IMG/VR virus record: IMGVR_UViG_3300009706_000019
Coordinates: 1 to 44,653 of that record
Length of the DNA stretch: 44,653 nt
Strand: one strand, 5' to 3'
Source of the DNA: a virus
Taxonomy: Duplodnaviria; Caudoviricetes
The translations under genes were made by a program, and so were the position numbers. The notes below the pieces were generated by a model. The model was not told the origin of the DNA. It searched no databases and saw only the letters and a list, made by a program, of their open reading frames with translations. Positions 31,565 to 40,743 of this stretch are shown piece by piece; position 1 is the first letter of the stretch, and the number at the start of each line of letters is the position of its first letter.

Positions 31565-31768
31565 CTAAATTCGTGTCGATGCACCATCTGCAAAAACGTA
31601 GTTCGGCCCCTCATCGACGGCCACTACTTCAAATCCCGTAGGAACAAACCACCGGGACATTAACTCCCGGCCCGCACTGTCGGCCTCCTCTGAGGTAGCA
31701 AAAACACACGCATTAAAATGCAATCCCGCTTCACCTTCGATCTTCATTCCCGCTTGAAATCCACCCAT
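31565..31768 (-). CDS. Small hypothetical phage protein
   Basis: RBS AGGAGGACAAAACT-ATG; NACVFATSEEA...ELMSRW. Confidence 0.75.
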   Translation of the reverse strand: MGGFQAGMKIEGEAGLHFNACVFATSEEADSAGRELMSRWFVPTGFEVVAVDEGPNYVFADGASTRI

Positions 31769-31780
31769 AGTTTTGTCCTC

Positions 31781-32182
31781 CTAAAATTTACTAATTATTT
31801 TTTCGATCCTCAATCTTTCTGAGTTACTTTTGCGACATTGCAAAATTAAGAAGAAGGCTTGATGCAGCGCACGTGCTTGACAAACCACCCACGTTTCACC
31901 CGCATTTGGATCGCAATCACCGCATCTGTTCCGCTTCAATTCGCTGGGTGTGCAAAGTCGCTCCGCTATATCCGCATTATAGACAAGGGAGCAACAACCT
32001 TCTGAGTAGTGGAGCCAATTCTCCGCGCCGTTCAAAATAGCTTTTTTAAGTTGAATGTCTGTTACCTCAAAATTCTCTACACCTTCCAGCAATTCGAGTG
32101 CATAGAGTTTAATCCCCTTATCCCATGCCGAACGTGCGGGGTGGTTCTCGATTGCCTGCGACAATTTGGATACAGTTTTCAT
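31781..32182 (-). CDS. Hypothetical phage protein (RSAW...NGA.NW...DIAERLCTPSELKR motif family)
   Basis: RBS GAAGGAGGACGAACCT-ATG at 32182. Confidence 0.78.
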   Translation of the reverse strand: MKTVSKLSQAIENHPARSAWDKGIKLYALELLEGVENFEVTDIQLKKAILNGAENWLHYSEGCCSLVYNADIAERLCTPSELKRNRCGDCDPNAGETWVVCQARALHQAFFLILQCRKSNSERLRIEKIISKF

Positions 32183-32206
32183 AGGTTCGTCCTCCTTCAA
32201 GGTTAC

Positions 32207-32255
32207 TTTTTTCACTCCCCCTATTGTTGCTTATATCGGCAACAATACAACCCCT
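32207..32255 (-). promoter_or_regulatory. Copy 2 of duplicated 49-bp promoter element
   Basis: 45/49 identical to 27933..27981; same 24-nt spacing to the downstream ATG. Confidence 0.75.
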
Positions 32256-32331
32256 AAATAAGGTTTTTCTTTTTTGTAAACCCTATAAAACAAGGGGTTT
32301 TAAAACCTAAAATTATTAGTCACGTGCGGGT

Positions 32332-32347
32332 GTGCCTACGTAGGCAC
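32332..32347. promoter_or_regulatory. Perfect palindrome GTGCCTACGTAGGCAC within a longer imperfect hairpin (32326..32355)
   Basis: gcgggtgtgcctacgtaggcacgcacccgc, intergenic. Confidence 0.65.
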
Positions 32348-32391
32348 GCACCCGCTAGGATTCAATCGGTTCAATGGTTAGTTAGCTCCAT

Positions 32392-32427
32392 AAAAAAACC
32401 CCCAGCTAAGGCGAGGTTAGCCGGGGG
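32392..32427 (-). terminator. Intrinsic terminator after the holin-like gene
   Basis: CCCCCGGCTAA-CCTCGCC-TTAGCTGGGGG then T7. Confidence 0.88.
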
Positions 32428-32466
32428 CGCGATGGGCGTGCATCGCTTACAGGTAATTCGTTTGTA

Positions 32467-32652
32467 TCATTCGCCGTCTGCCGCAAACAATAAACCGAGA
32501 GCAACCGTTACACTTGCAATCGTAACTGTCCAATCGGGCTGCTGTCCGTTAATCAGTGCGATTGCTGCGTTGGTAATTGCAACCAGCGCGGTAAGGATTC
32601 CCGCGATAGTTGTCTTTTTATTTTTTGCTGTGCCTTTAAATAAGCGTGCCAT
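32467..32652 (-). CDS. Holin-like two-TM protein
   Basis: NKKTTIAGILTALVAI...VTVALGLLFAAD; AAGGA RBS. Confidence 0.65.
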   Translation of the reverse strand: MARLFKGTAKNKKTTIAGILTALVAITNAAIALINGQQPDWTVTIASVTVALGLLFAADGE

Positions 32653-32709
32653 GTTTAGTTCCTTCTAAAAAATTTATGTCGCACATCCCGGTGCAATTTA
32701 TGTTTAACG

Positions 32710-33129
32710 TCAACCGAATTTTGAACATCGAAAGTTACTCGCTGCGGCGGCAGCGGAGTCCTCCTTTGCTTTTTCTTTTTTTCTTTTTCCGGTTCCATCG
32801 CAAGCCGCGCATTCGACAAAAACTGTACCGTCTCCCACCTTCCCGGTCCCATTGCAATTATCGCACACATCCCCCGATGGCGCGTCTGGTAATCTCTGAG
32901 TAACCACTACACCCGCGCTCGCTTCAATTACTCCTAGCCATTCATTTGCTGTCCACGCCTCCGCATAGCCAGATGGCAACGCAAAAAAGAGAAGCCACGA
33001 CAACACCGAAGAACGCCACGTAGTCCACATTAGGATTCCTTTCTTAATTCTATATTCGGGACAGTCGCATTCGGGACACACCCCGACTGCTTCATACTCA
33101 AGGTTACATCTATTGCACACCTTAATCAT
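32710..33129 (-). CDS. Cys-rich protein with TM/signal segment and DnaJ-like CxxCxGxG zinc finger
   Basis: ATGA overlap with the peptidase stop; CDNCNGTG...CAACDGTG; alternative start at 33030. Confidence 0.6.
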   Translation of the reverse strand: MIKVCNRCNLEYEAVGVCPECDCPEYRIKKGILMWTTWRSSVLSWLLFFALPSGYAEAWTANEWLGVIEASAGVVVTQRLPDAPSGDVCDNCNGTGKVGDGTVFVECAACDGTGKRKKEKAKEDSAAAAASNFRCSKFG

Positions 33130-34151
33130 TTCAATCTGCTCCAATAATCCGCGCCCCAATCAGGGAGTTTTTGGGGGGGCCAACCTTCGGCGCCACTCAT
33201 AGCAAGAAAAGATCGGCGCTTGCAATCGGACCACTTCGCCCAGTACGCACCCTCGGGGATTTCTAAATTAGTCCCCAATATTTTACGCGGTCCTGAATTC
33301 CACTTACCCCACGAGTTGACAATGCAAATTAAAGGTTCACCGTATTTCTGTTTGATAATATCGCGATCATCCACGGCACACACGCACATCGCGTGCGACC
33401 ACGAGCCTGAACGTCTGGAATATCCGTTTTCATCGCGCTTCGATGACCAACCCTCGCCACCACAACTTGATATAAAATATCCATTGCCAATAAAATCGCG
33501 CACTTCTTCAAACGAATCAAGTTCGGTGGCTTGCCGTAGCGCGTGCTTTAATCCAAAATCAATTATCTCTTGCGGTGGGGAAGTGCGGCCCCATTTTCCA
33601 GCCATTCGACCACTGTATTTTGTTAGATCAAAACCAAACTCGGGGTAATTTTTTCTTATCCACATTCCCGATTCGTTAATCAACACGCGGCTAGCGTGAT
33701 GGCATCCCCATCCATCGCCCCCATGCCCGCGATGCCAATAAATTGCTTCCGTGGAAAGGACTGTATTTTTTTCTCCAAGCGCGGAAACTTCGGGCGGCCC
33801 TTCGAGTTCCCCAGTCACTTCGTCTGGCTTACCAGCGACGATCTCACACGCTAACGTGCCAAGAGCAGACCGCATCGCGCTATGGCTCACGCAGTCGCCA
33901 CGCGCTTGTGCGGGGCCGGGAAACGCATTTGGCCAGAGCATATCAATACACTTAAACGGTACCGCTAACTTTCCCTTATGTGAATCTTGCCAACCGAACG
34001 CAGCGGCGGCATCGCGCCCCACCGCGTAATCACAAAGATCAAGGAGTTTATTGTGTTCATCGCCATCGTAATACACGCCCTCAAAACCGTCCTCGTATGC
34101 GGTTTGTAGATCGGACGGTTTCCGCATTTTTCGTAGGATTTGTCGTTTCAT
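33126..34151 (-). CDS. Papain-like C1 cysteine peptidase
   Basis: QARGDCVSH (Gln/Cys), WSHAM (His), IVNSWG (Asn). Confidence 0.88.
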   Translation of the reverse strand: MKRQILRKMRKPSDLQTAYEDGFEGVYYDGDEHNKLLDLCDYAVGRDAAAAFGWQDSHKGKLAVPFKCIDMLWPNAFPGPAQARGDCVSHSAMRSALGTLACEIVAGKPDEVTGELEGPPEVSALGEKNTVLSTEAIYWHRGHGGDGWGCHHASRVLINESGMWIRKNYPEFGFDLTKYSGRMAGKWGRTSPPQEIIDFGLKHALRQATELDSFEEVRDFIGNGYFISSCGGEGWSSKRDENGYSRRSGSWSHAMCVCAVDDRDIIKQKYGEPLICIVNSWGKWNSGPRKILGTNLEIPEGAYWAKWSDCKRRSFLAMSGAEGWPPQKLPDWGADYWSRLK

Positions 34152-34600
34152 TGATTAGTTGCCCAACTTAAAGCACGGAATGCCTCGCTAATTTGATTTC
34201 TCTTTGCATTGTCCAGAGGTACATTATCATTCCCAATCTCACCTTCTAGAAATACATTTACCGCTTCCGAAAAACCGGGGATAGGTGGTACTTCCCCGAC
34301 CTGAATAGCGAGCGCCCCCGCGTTTTGGTGTGTGCGTCTTACATCGCCGGTAGTCCTTAGTATTGTTTGGTCTTTTGCTACAACTAAACTTAAACCCTTG
34401 AATAGGTTTGAAAAATTTGAAGCTGCTTCAGGATGATTTTTCAAGGATTCTTGGACAAGAAACAGATGTGCTTTTTGTGTGGGCGTAGGTGCAAATGGGG
34501 GGATGGTAGGCGCATCGTCAGTATTTACATATACAGTAATTTTTACCGACAAATAAGCTAGTAATAAAAGTAGAGGTATAAACCTTAAAAATTTATTCAT
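34148..34600 (-). CDS. Membrane-anchored hypothetical protein
   Basis: N-terminal TM FIPLLLLLAYLSV, Pro linker; ATGA overlaps at both ends. Confidence 0.7.
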   Translation of the reverse strand: MNKFLRFIPLLLLLAYLSVKITVYVNTDDAPTIPPFAPTPTQKAHLFLVQESLKNHPEAASNFSNLFKGLSLVVAKDQTILRTTGDVRRTHQNAGALAIQVGEVPPIPGFSEAVNVFLEGEIGNDNVPLDNAKRNQISEAFRALSWATNQ

Positions 34601-34842
34601 TTGTGGGTGTCCTCTTTCCAATGTTTTGCAATAACGTCCCCCGCTACTACGACCGCTTTTGTTTCGGCCTCGCATCCTTCGCAGGCATCTAGCAAATCGT
34701 TGATTAAATCCATCCGTACTTGAAAGGCATCGGGATTACGTGGTGAGTTTCCTTGAAATAAAAACGTAGAAATTTTAGGCCATAAAATACCCACGGTAGA
34801 TAGCAGAACTAAACCCACCACAATCCATAGTTCGCTTGCCAT
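34597..34842 (-). CDS. Small membrane protein
   Basis: LWIVVGLVLLSTVGILWP; GGAAGG RBS. Confidence 0.65.
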   Translation of the reverse strand: MASELWIVVGLVLLSTVGILWPKISTFLFQGNSPRNPDAFQVRMDLINDLLDACEGCEAETKAVVVAGDVIAKHWKEDTHK

Positions 34843-34843
34843 A

Positions 34844-35083
34844 TTATGAACCTTCCTTGAATAACAGTAATTGATTAGCAGGTAGTGCAGGACACGTAAA
34901 TTTTCGCCTCGCCTGGAAATCTGATTTCGCCACACTTAAACACGGGTCACATAACTCTAATTTATTTTCCGAATTATAGAAGTCAGTTGATCGCCCCTCA
35001 AAATCGGTTTGCTGCGTGTAGAGGGTTAGGGCCTCTGAGCGTTCGCCACATCCGCAACAAAATTTAATAGTTACACTGCCCAT
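34844..35083 (-). CDS. Small Cys-containing hypothetical protein
   Basis: CCGCG...LCDPC; AAGGTGG RBS. Confidence 0.55.
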   Translation of the reverse strand: MGSVTIKFCCGCGERSEALTLYTQQTDFEGRSTDFYNSENKLELCDPCLSVAKSDFQARRKFTCPALPANQLLLFKEGS

Positions 35084-35138
35084 ATACCACCTTGGGAAGA
35101 AGTAGATTTTATACCTTATCAAAAATGTATGCAACCTT

Positions 35139-35516
35139 TTATCCGTGGGGTGTCCACGAATCGGCATGACTTACCATAGCATGTGCGGGCGGTTTATATT
35201 TTGACGTAGGGGCTATCGACTTTTTAGGCTGCCTTATGTCCTCTAGAGATATGTCTACCTCCTCGCCTATATGCTCTTTGTATTCTTCAATGGCAACCTC
35301 TTTTTCAATTTCTGCATAATGGATTATCTTGTCTAAATCTTCGAGTTTAAGTCGTAGTTGATTTGCTTCTAGATTATCTCGAGTGTTTGCGCGGGAAGCA
35401 TATTTGATAATGTTTGCTAGGGTATGGATAATTTTATTTTTGCATACGTACACAATCGGTTCTATTTTATATTGCTTATAGTGTGTGCCGCCTACTTGTC
35501 GCTTGAGTGCTTCCAT
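35139..35516 (-). CDS. DUF3310 (SaV / T7 gp1.7-like) protein
   Basis: QVGGTHYK, IEPI, NIIKYASR, EDLDKIIHY. Confidence 0.85.
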   Translation of the reverse strand: MEALKRQVGGTHYKQYKIEPIVYVCKNKIIHTLANIIKYASRANTRDNLEANQLRLKLEDLDKIIHYAEIEKEVAIEEYKEHIGEEVDISLEDIRQPKKSIAPTSKYKPPAHAMVSHADSWTPHG

Positions 35517-35624
35517 CTTTACATCCCCAGTAAGCGTTTGAGATAAACCCACAACCTAGCGAAAGCCGCCCACGGAATCTTATTTTTTTCTGTCTTCTTT
35601 TTTCTTCTTCTTTTAAACATTAAA

Positions 35625-36473
35625 TCAACTCCCTGCAACTGCTAGTAATCTATTAACCCCCGCCCAGCGTTGCTTCCCCCGGCACTCATTATTATGATCT
35701 GCTTCACAATTACCTGACGGTAATCTGCATACGTACCCCGGCAACGCTACCCGTACCGAATCGTAAAATTTTGATTTCTTATTCATCGCCGCGAGTTTTA
35801 ACGAAGGCTCCCAATGGTCCCATAAACCGTGTAAACCTAATCGATATAAAAATTCAACCTTATCCGCGCTCCCATACATTAGCGATTCGTCAAATCGTTG
35901 ATCGGAATGGGATGTCAGCGCAAGTTGTAGTTCGGTTGGCCCCAAAGATATTTGTGTGCCAAATCGATATTCACTTTTAAATTGTGGCAAGAGGCTTTCG
36001 CTTAGTACATCGTCGTATGAAAATAAGCGCCAAGTTGCAAATGCAAAATAACCATCTTCCAAATTTTCTTCTGCTACTTGCGCAAATCCGTTCCACCCTG
36101 CATCGGTGTAATACATCCCACCATCCATAGGGCACACCACATCCGCACCTTCAAACAAACTAAAATTGACGCAATAATTTCTAGCATAGTTTACGTTTGT
36201 CGCGTAACGGATACGGTCCTTTAGTGACCTTATAGATAAAAATTTATCAGGCTCAAATTTCATCGTGATTACTCGATGTCCCGCGTTATTTATTTTTAGG
36301 CGTAACCTTTTTTCTTTCTCTTGGTCTACAATCCGATTAAGAAGAAATAATTTCTCGCAATTTTCAAATGGGGATTCATTCTTCAAAATGAAGTCTAAAT
36401 TATCTTCGGTCTGCGTTTCGGAATGTCGCGGGGGAAGATCGTTTCCAAGTATGCGCCATAACTTAAAAATCAT
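35625..36473 (-). CDS. Putative glycosyltransferase-like protein (RILGNDLPPRH family)
   Basis: WRILGNDLPPRH, LNRIVD, NYARN, PMDG; terminal gene of the GT cluster. Confidence 0.5.
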   Translation of the reverse strand: MIFKLWRILGNDLPPRHSETQTEDNLDFILKNESPFENCEKLFLLNRIVDQEKEKRLRLKINNAGHRVITMKFEPDKFLSIRSLKDRIRYATNVNYARNYCVNFSLFEGADVVCPMDGGMYYTDAGWNGFAQVAEENLEDGYFAFATWRLFSYDDVLSESLLPQFKSEYRFGTQISLGPTELQLALTSHSDQRFDESLMYGSADKVEFLYRLGLHGLWDHWEPSLKLAAMNKKSKFYDSVRVALPGYVCRLPSGNCEADHNNECRGKQRWAGVNRLLAVAGS

Positions 36474-37198
36474 TTTGGTATAAACTCCCTATGCGCCCTG
36501 AGGATAGCTAGCTCAGGTAATCGATGGTCACGTGTGGCAAGGTTTTCAAAGGGTAAAACGTCCTTAAAAAATTGAGTGTTAATATCGAACCGGCTAAAAT
36601 CCCAAGTTAATCGAGTAGCCATTTCTTTGGGGGATGGCCCCCAATCATACACACGCTCGCACGTGTCTTCTAGGTCTTTGCTGCACACTTCTTTTCGAGT
36701 GTCCCATTTTTTTAATGTTTGTTTTTTTTCGGAGGGCGTCCCCCATATTCCACTCTCATATTGTGGGATGGCTTTTAACACCGGCACAATTCCCATGTCT
36801 GATATCGCATAGTTATTCTGCCACATTCTAAAAATCATGTCGGCTAGTCCACACGATTCATCGAAGGGTCCAAGTTCTCGCAAGAGTTGTTTTTGTATTC
36901 CAAAACAATTAACCCCCTTACCTAACACTAAAAAATAGCCTTGCTGAAACAGCCCAAAAAATAATTCTAATTGACGCCTAGTAGGGCGCGCTGCTTCACT
37001 CATAATTACAACGCAATCAGAATCTTCACATTGTGCTGCGCAACTATTCCATAACTGCGCCAATGAAGTAAACCCACGATCAATTACCCTCTCCCGTTTC
37101 CATCCATTGAGTTTCAAATGTTCCACCGCCTTCTCCCCGTGCATAGTTTTTCCCGTGATCATCACGCGGGGTATTTTACTCTCCCGAGGGTGCTTCAT
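36470..37198 (-). CDS. Degenerate GT-A/GT2-like protein
   Basis: SLAQLWN, ELGPFDE...D..FR resemble GT2 elements; no clear DxD. Confidence 0.5.
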   Translation of the reverse strand: MKHPRESKIPRVMITGKTMHGEKAVEHLKLNGWKRERVIDRGFTSLAQLWNSCAAQCEDSDCVVIMSEAARPTRRQLELFFGLFQQGYFLVLGKGVNCFGIQKQLLRELGPFDESCGLADMIFRMWQNNYAISDMGIVPVLKAIPQYESGIWGTPSEKKQTLKKWDTRKEVCSKDLEDTCERVYDWGPSPKEMATRLTWDFSRFDINTQFFKDVLPFENLATRDHRLPELAILRAHREFIPK

Positions 37199-37754
37199 TT
37201 CGTGTCTCGCTATTGAAAGGGTCAAATTGGTAACTGTACAAAAACTTATCGATGTGTACAGTATCCGGTTTCTTTTTCAGTAACGCACCACACCATGCGT
37301 TATCCTCGCCAAAAGATATGTCTGGAAATTTATGGTTTGAAATGAACTGTCTATTCCAAACGTAAATGTGGGCAGCCTGATTTGATAATAAAACATAACC
37401 ACCGTCTATCTTCTCTTTAATTTGTTCGTATTCTATCAACCGCTCCGCCCACATTTTTACATTAAAAGAAATTAACTCTGCGTTTGGATTGTTTACTATT
37501 CCTAGTACAACTTCTTCTATGTAATCCCCCGATATCTCGTCATCATCATCTATAAAGGCCACAAATTTTCCAGACGCCAGAGATAATAGTTTGTTTCTCT
37601 TTTCGCCAACTGTCCACGAAAAGTTATCGCACAATCCAATTAACTCGATATCTTTCCTACCATTTAGTTGGTCATTTAATTGACTTACTATTGAAGGAAA
37701 TTCCAGCGAAAGCCGGGGAGGTATTGTTGGAATTAAAATTGAAAGTTTTATCAT
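37176..37754 (-). CDS. Glycosyltransferase family 2
   Basis: LSILIPT, GEKRN, FIDDDD, FGED. Confidence 0.88.
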   Translation of the reverse strand: MIKLSILIPTIPPRLSLEFPSIVSQLNDQLNGRKDIELIGLCDNFSWTVGEKRNKLLSLASGKFVAFIDDDDEISGDYIEEVVLGIVNNPNAELISFNVKMWAERLIEYEQIKEKIDGGYVLLSNQAAHIYVWNRQFISNHKFPDISFGEDNAWCGALLKKKPDTVHIDKFLYSYQFDPFNSETRNEAPSGE

Positions 37755-38590
37755 AGGAATTTATAAACATGGAAGCAAATCATGTTCTCCCGGCGTTTAG
37801 TTACAAGGTTATTATTACAATCCCGGCACACTATATTAGATTTGTGAGATGTCTTTTCTAATGGATCGTGCGATATAAAAAAATTGTCCCCTTCTCGAAA
37901 ACACTCAAAGCCATTCCCGATTATCGACTTTGATTTTTGTTTGGCTTGCTCTGTTTGATTAGTTGTTCCTGAATTGGAGTAGTGGTAAAAATACAAGACT
38001 TCAGATATGCGGTGTTCAATGGTGGCTAAATTTGCGGCAATCATAGGTTCGATCCACGCGGCATCGTCCTTACAATTTAATTGTGGATTGTATGCAATTT
38101 TTCGTTGGATGTCTCGCCTCCATGCGCAGAGATGACTAGGGAACATACCCACTAAAAAAACTTCCCCATATTTTTCATCTGTTGATTTTCCGTAGGGGGT
38201 AACTTCTCGGGGGGTGGTGAGTGTGTGTAAGTTCATCCTTGCGTACGAATTTTTATTTGCCTCCTGTATAACTAACACATTAAAAGTCACAACGTGTGGA
38301 TTCTTAGAGCATCCCGATACAATCTTTTCGATGTAAGTATCAGATACAGAATCATCATCATCTACAAATGAGATATATTTCCCCGATGATTCTACGCTTA
38401 GTGTGTGTCTTTTTTCTCCACTTGTAGATTGCCCGCAATCGTGCGCTATTAGTACCTCGGCGCACCCCGAATCTTTGGCTTGCTTCGATAAGTGGTCAAA
38501 CAGTTTTTTTGATTGTTGCTTTCTACTTTCTAACGCGCACACGCACACGCTTAAAATTGGTGCTTTGGTTTCTACCAATTTTTTTATCAT
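37751..38590 (-). CDS. Glycosyltransferase family 2
   Basis: LSVCVC, GEKRH, GKYISFVDDDD, KDDAAW; paralog of 37176..37754. Confidence 0.88.
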   Translation of the reverse strand: MIKKLVETKAPILSVCVCALESRKQQSKKLFDHLSKQAKDSGCAEVLIAHDCGQSTSGEKRHTLSVESSGKYISFVDDDDSVSDTYIEKIVSGCSKNPHVVTFNVLVIQEANKNSYARMNLHTLTTPREVTPYGKSTDEKYGEVFLVGMFPSHLCAWRRDIQRKIAYNPQLNCKDDAAWIEPMIAANLATIEHRISEVLYFYHYSNSGTTNQTEQAKQKSKSIIGNGFECFREGDNFFISHDPLEKTSHKSNIVCRDCNNNLVTKRRENMICFHVYKFL

Positions 38591-39351
38591 GCCTGCGGGG
38601 GTAGCCTTTCGCCCATATAATTCGGTAATCCTTTTTTTCTTGTTTTTATCATGTCGGAAAGTTGCAAAAATCTATCTTCACTTTTTTCGTGCAGTGTCCC
38701 ATCTAAAAAAGGAGTAGTACGCCCGAACCAATTTTTACCTGCCGTCCCCAAATGCAAAACCTGGAAATCAAATAGTCGTATTCTGTTTTGATTGTTCCAT
38801 TTTCGTTCAAAGAAACTGTCGCACCCGCCCGCGTGCTTCCATTCGATAGGATACCACGGGCGATTTGTTAGATGATCTGCGCTCGCATTAAATAGTTGAA
38901 AAAATCCTACGGCAATATCAGTGTCCGGCATCGTAGGTAGTGCCTGCCATTCTTGGTAATCGTGGTACCAACCTTCCGCATATAAACTGATGTCCTCACA
39001 CATACGCCGTTGGACCCCATAAATTTGCTGCTCACTTAGATTAGGAAATCGCATTTGCGGGGGCAGCACAATATCAGCATCTAAAACAACTATCCAACCA
39101 TCTCGACCCACTATATCAAAACCTTCTTCCATTGCAGCGCCTTTATTAAACGCGCACCCATGTTCATAGAAAGCGTTAGTACAATGGCACGTTGCGTTGG
39201 GTATTCTGTCTACAATGGCTTGTGTTTTTCTATCGTTGGGCGTTGTTACCACCAGTACAGAATCGAAGTGGTGCGCGTTGGTAGGAAGTGTCAAACTTAA
39301 AATATCGTGATAATCAACACACACTAAAATTGCTTTAATAGAAATGTTCAT
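38587..39351 (-). CDS. GT-A fold glycosyltransferase
   Basis: VCVDYHD, FNKGAA, LDADI, GFFQLF, AGGCDS, VLHLG. Confidence 0.8.
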   Translation of the reverse strand: MNISIKAILVCVDYHDILSLTLPTNAHHFDSVLVVTTPNDRKTQAIVDRIPNATCHCTNAFYEHGCAFNKGAAMEEGFDIVGRDGWIVVLDADIVLPPQMRFPNLSEQQIYGVQRRMCEDISLYAEGWYHDYQEWQALPTMPDTDIAVGFFQLFNASADHLTNRPWYPIEWKHAGGCDSFFERKWNNQNRIRLFDFQVLHLGTAGKNWFGRTTPFLDGTLHEKSEDRFLQLSDMIKTRKKGLPNYMGERLPPQA

Positions 39352-40337
39352 TACGGTATAAGTTCCCGTGCAGACTCTATGTCATCTCTTAAACGGCGCG
39401 TAATTTTTTTGTAGTCGTAAAAATCTATTGCCGCTTCTGAAAATTCCCGTTGTTTGGATTCGTCCCAAGATCGAATCGCGCCCGATACAACCGTATTCAA
39501 ATCACCAATTTCAATGTGCGGGGGTACTCTAATTAAGTTGCCATCGATTGCGGGTAATCGATCATATTCAGATAAGTCCGTAATAACGCGGCATCCCACG
39601 GCGGTTGCCTCGATAATTTTACGAAGCGCATATTGATATCTACTCGCACAACATAGGGCCACTCTATGGTGGTTTAATGCCCCCAAATATTTCGGAGTTG
39701 CAAATCCGTTCGCGTGATAGCCGGGGTGAGGTAGGTGAACCATCTCCCCGCCATTCTCATAGTAGTGTCTCGATTGCATACCCCCAATAGCGAGCCTGCG
39801 CAGGGGATATGGAGCGCTTATTGCACCCGATACCACGCAAGATTTCTTTTTGTATTTCGCATTAAAAATAATCCCTGCGGGTAATTCGTCTCTATTTAAT
39901 GTGTGGTAAGTCCTAATCAAAGTGTAATCTTGAACCCAAGGCGCAACTCCGATTATAGACCTTGGGTGATAATAAATAATTAGTGCATTACAACCTATTT
40001 CTTCCGCAGATAACCGATGATAGTCGGCTTGATTTTGTGCATCTTTGTACACGGTAAGCGTGAACAAATCATCTCGATCCGCTAATTGTGTGTATTCAGA
40101 ATACATTTCGTTTTTATCTAAGCACGCGGGGTGATTCACATCCCACTCACGTTTGTCCTGTAAAATTACAGTATGCACATCGGGGTTACTCTCCAAGTAA
40201 TGCCGGACATTATGGCACCCGTCTATTTTTGGTCCTACTAAGTTGTAGCCCGATTCATTAAGGCCCATCTGAAGTTGCCAACCTTCACTGCTCATATGAT
40301 TTTGAAAATTTCCGATTCCAAAAAATACTCTAGACAT
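39351..40337 (-). CDS. GT-B-like glycosyltransferase (Glyco_trans_1_2/CgeB-like C-terminus)
   Basis: SGAISAPYPLR, HPGY, YALRKIIEATAVGC.VITD. Confidence 0.65.
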   Translation of the reverse strand: MSRVFFGIGNFQNHMSSEGWQLQMGLNESGYNLVGPKIDGCHNVRHYLESNPDVHTVILQDKREWDVNHPACLDKNEMYSEYTQLADRDDLFTLTVYKDAQNQADYHRLSAEEIGCNALIIYYHPRSIIGVAPWVQDYTLIRTYHTLNRDELPAGIIFNAKYKKKSCVVSGAISAPYPLRRLAIGGMQSRHYYENGGEMVHLPHPGYHANGFATPKYLGALNHHRVALCCASRYQYALRKIIEATAVGCRVITDLSEYDRLPAIDGNLIRVPPHIEIGDLNTVVSGAIRSWDESKQREFSEAAIDFYDYKKITRRLRDDIESARELIP

Positions 40338-40743
40338 TTTCTTTTATCCTGTGCTTTATGTCGGAAGTAGATTCCATGTGCGAATACGGAAACGTAATTA
40401 TTTTGCAGCCATGACCACCACACCACTCTACCGCCTCCTTGTGCCTACGTAGGCACCCCCACGTTTCCCCTACGAATAAAAATTGAGGTCGAATAATCTT
40501 CAGGTGGGTTATAAATTCTAATTTGTAATAAGGCACCACCTCATCTACACAACGTAGCTCACGTAGCATCTCGGTTCGATGCGCTAGTATGATTGCAGGC
40601 GGTTTGTGTTTGTCTTCCATCACAATATTATCAGAGGGCACCCCCACAATTAACTTATCGCAAAATCCCCTAGCACGCTTTAAAATTGTAATGTGCCCCA
40701 CGTGCAGCAAATCCCAAACGCCCGGTATGTAACCTACTTGCAT
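40330..40743 (-). CDS. HxGH cytidylyltransferase (TagD/RfaE-like)
   Basis: PGVWDLLHVGH, LIVGV.SD, CVDEV, STSDIK. Confidence 0.9.
   Translation of the reverse strand: MQVGYIPGVWDLLHVGHITILKRARGFCDKLIVGVPSDNIVMEDKHKPPAIILAHRTEMLRELRCVDEVVPYYKLEFITHLKIIRPQFLFVGETWGCLRRHKEAVEWCGGHGCKIITFPYSHMESTSDIKHRIKENV
40441..40456. repeat. Third exact copy of palindrome GTGCCTACGTAGGCAC, inside the cytidylyltransferase CDS
   Basis: Exact 16-bp match; encodes part of GCLRRH. Confidence 0.7.
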
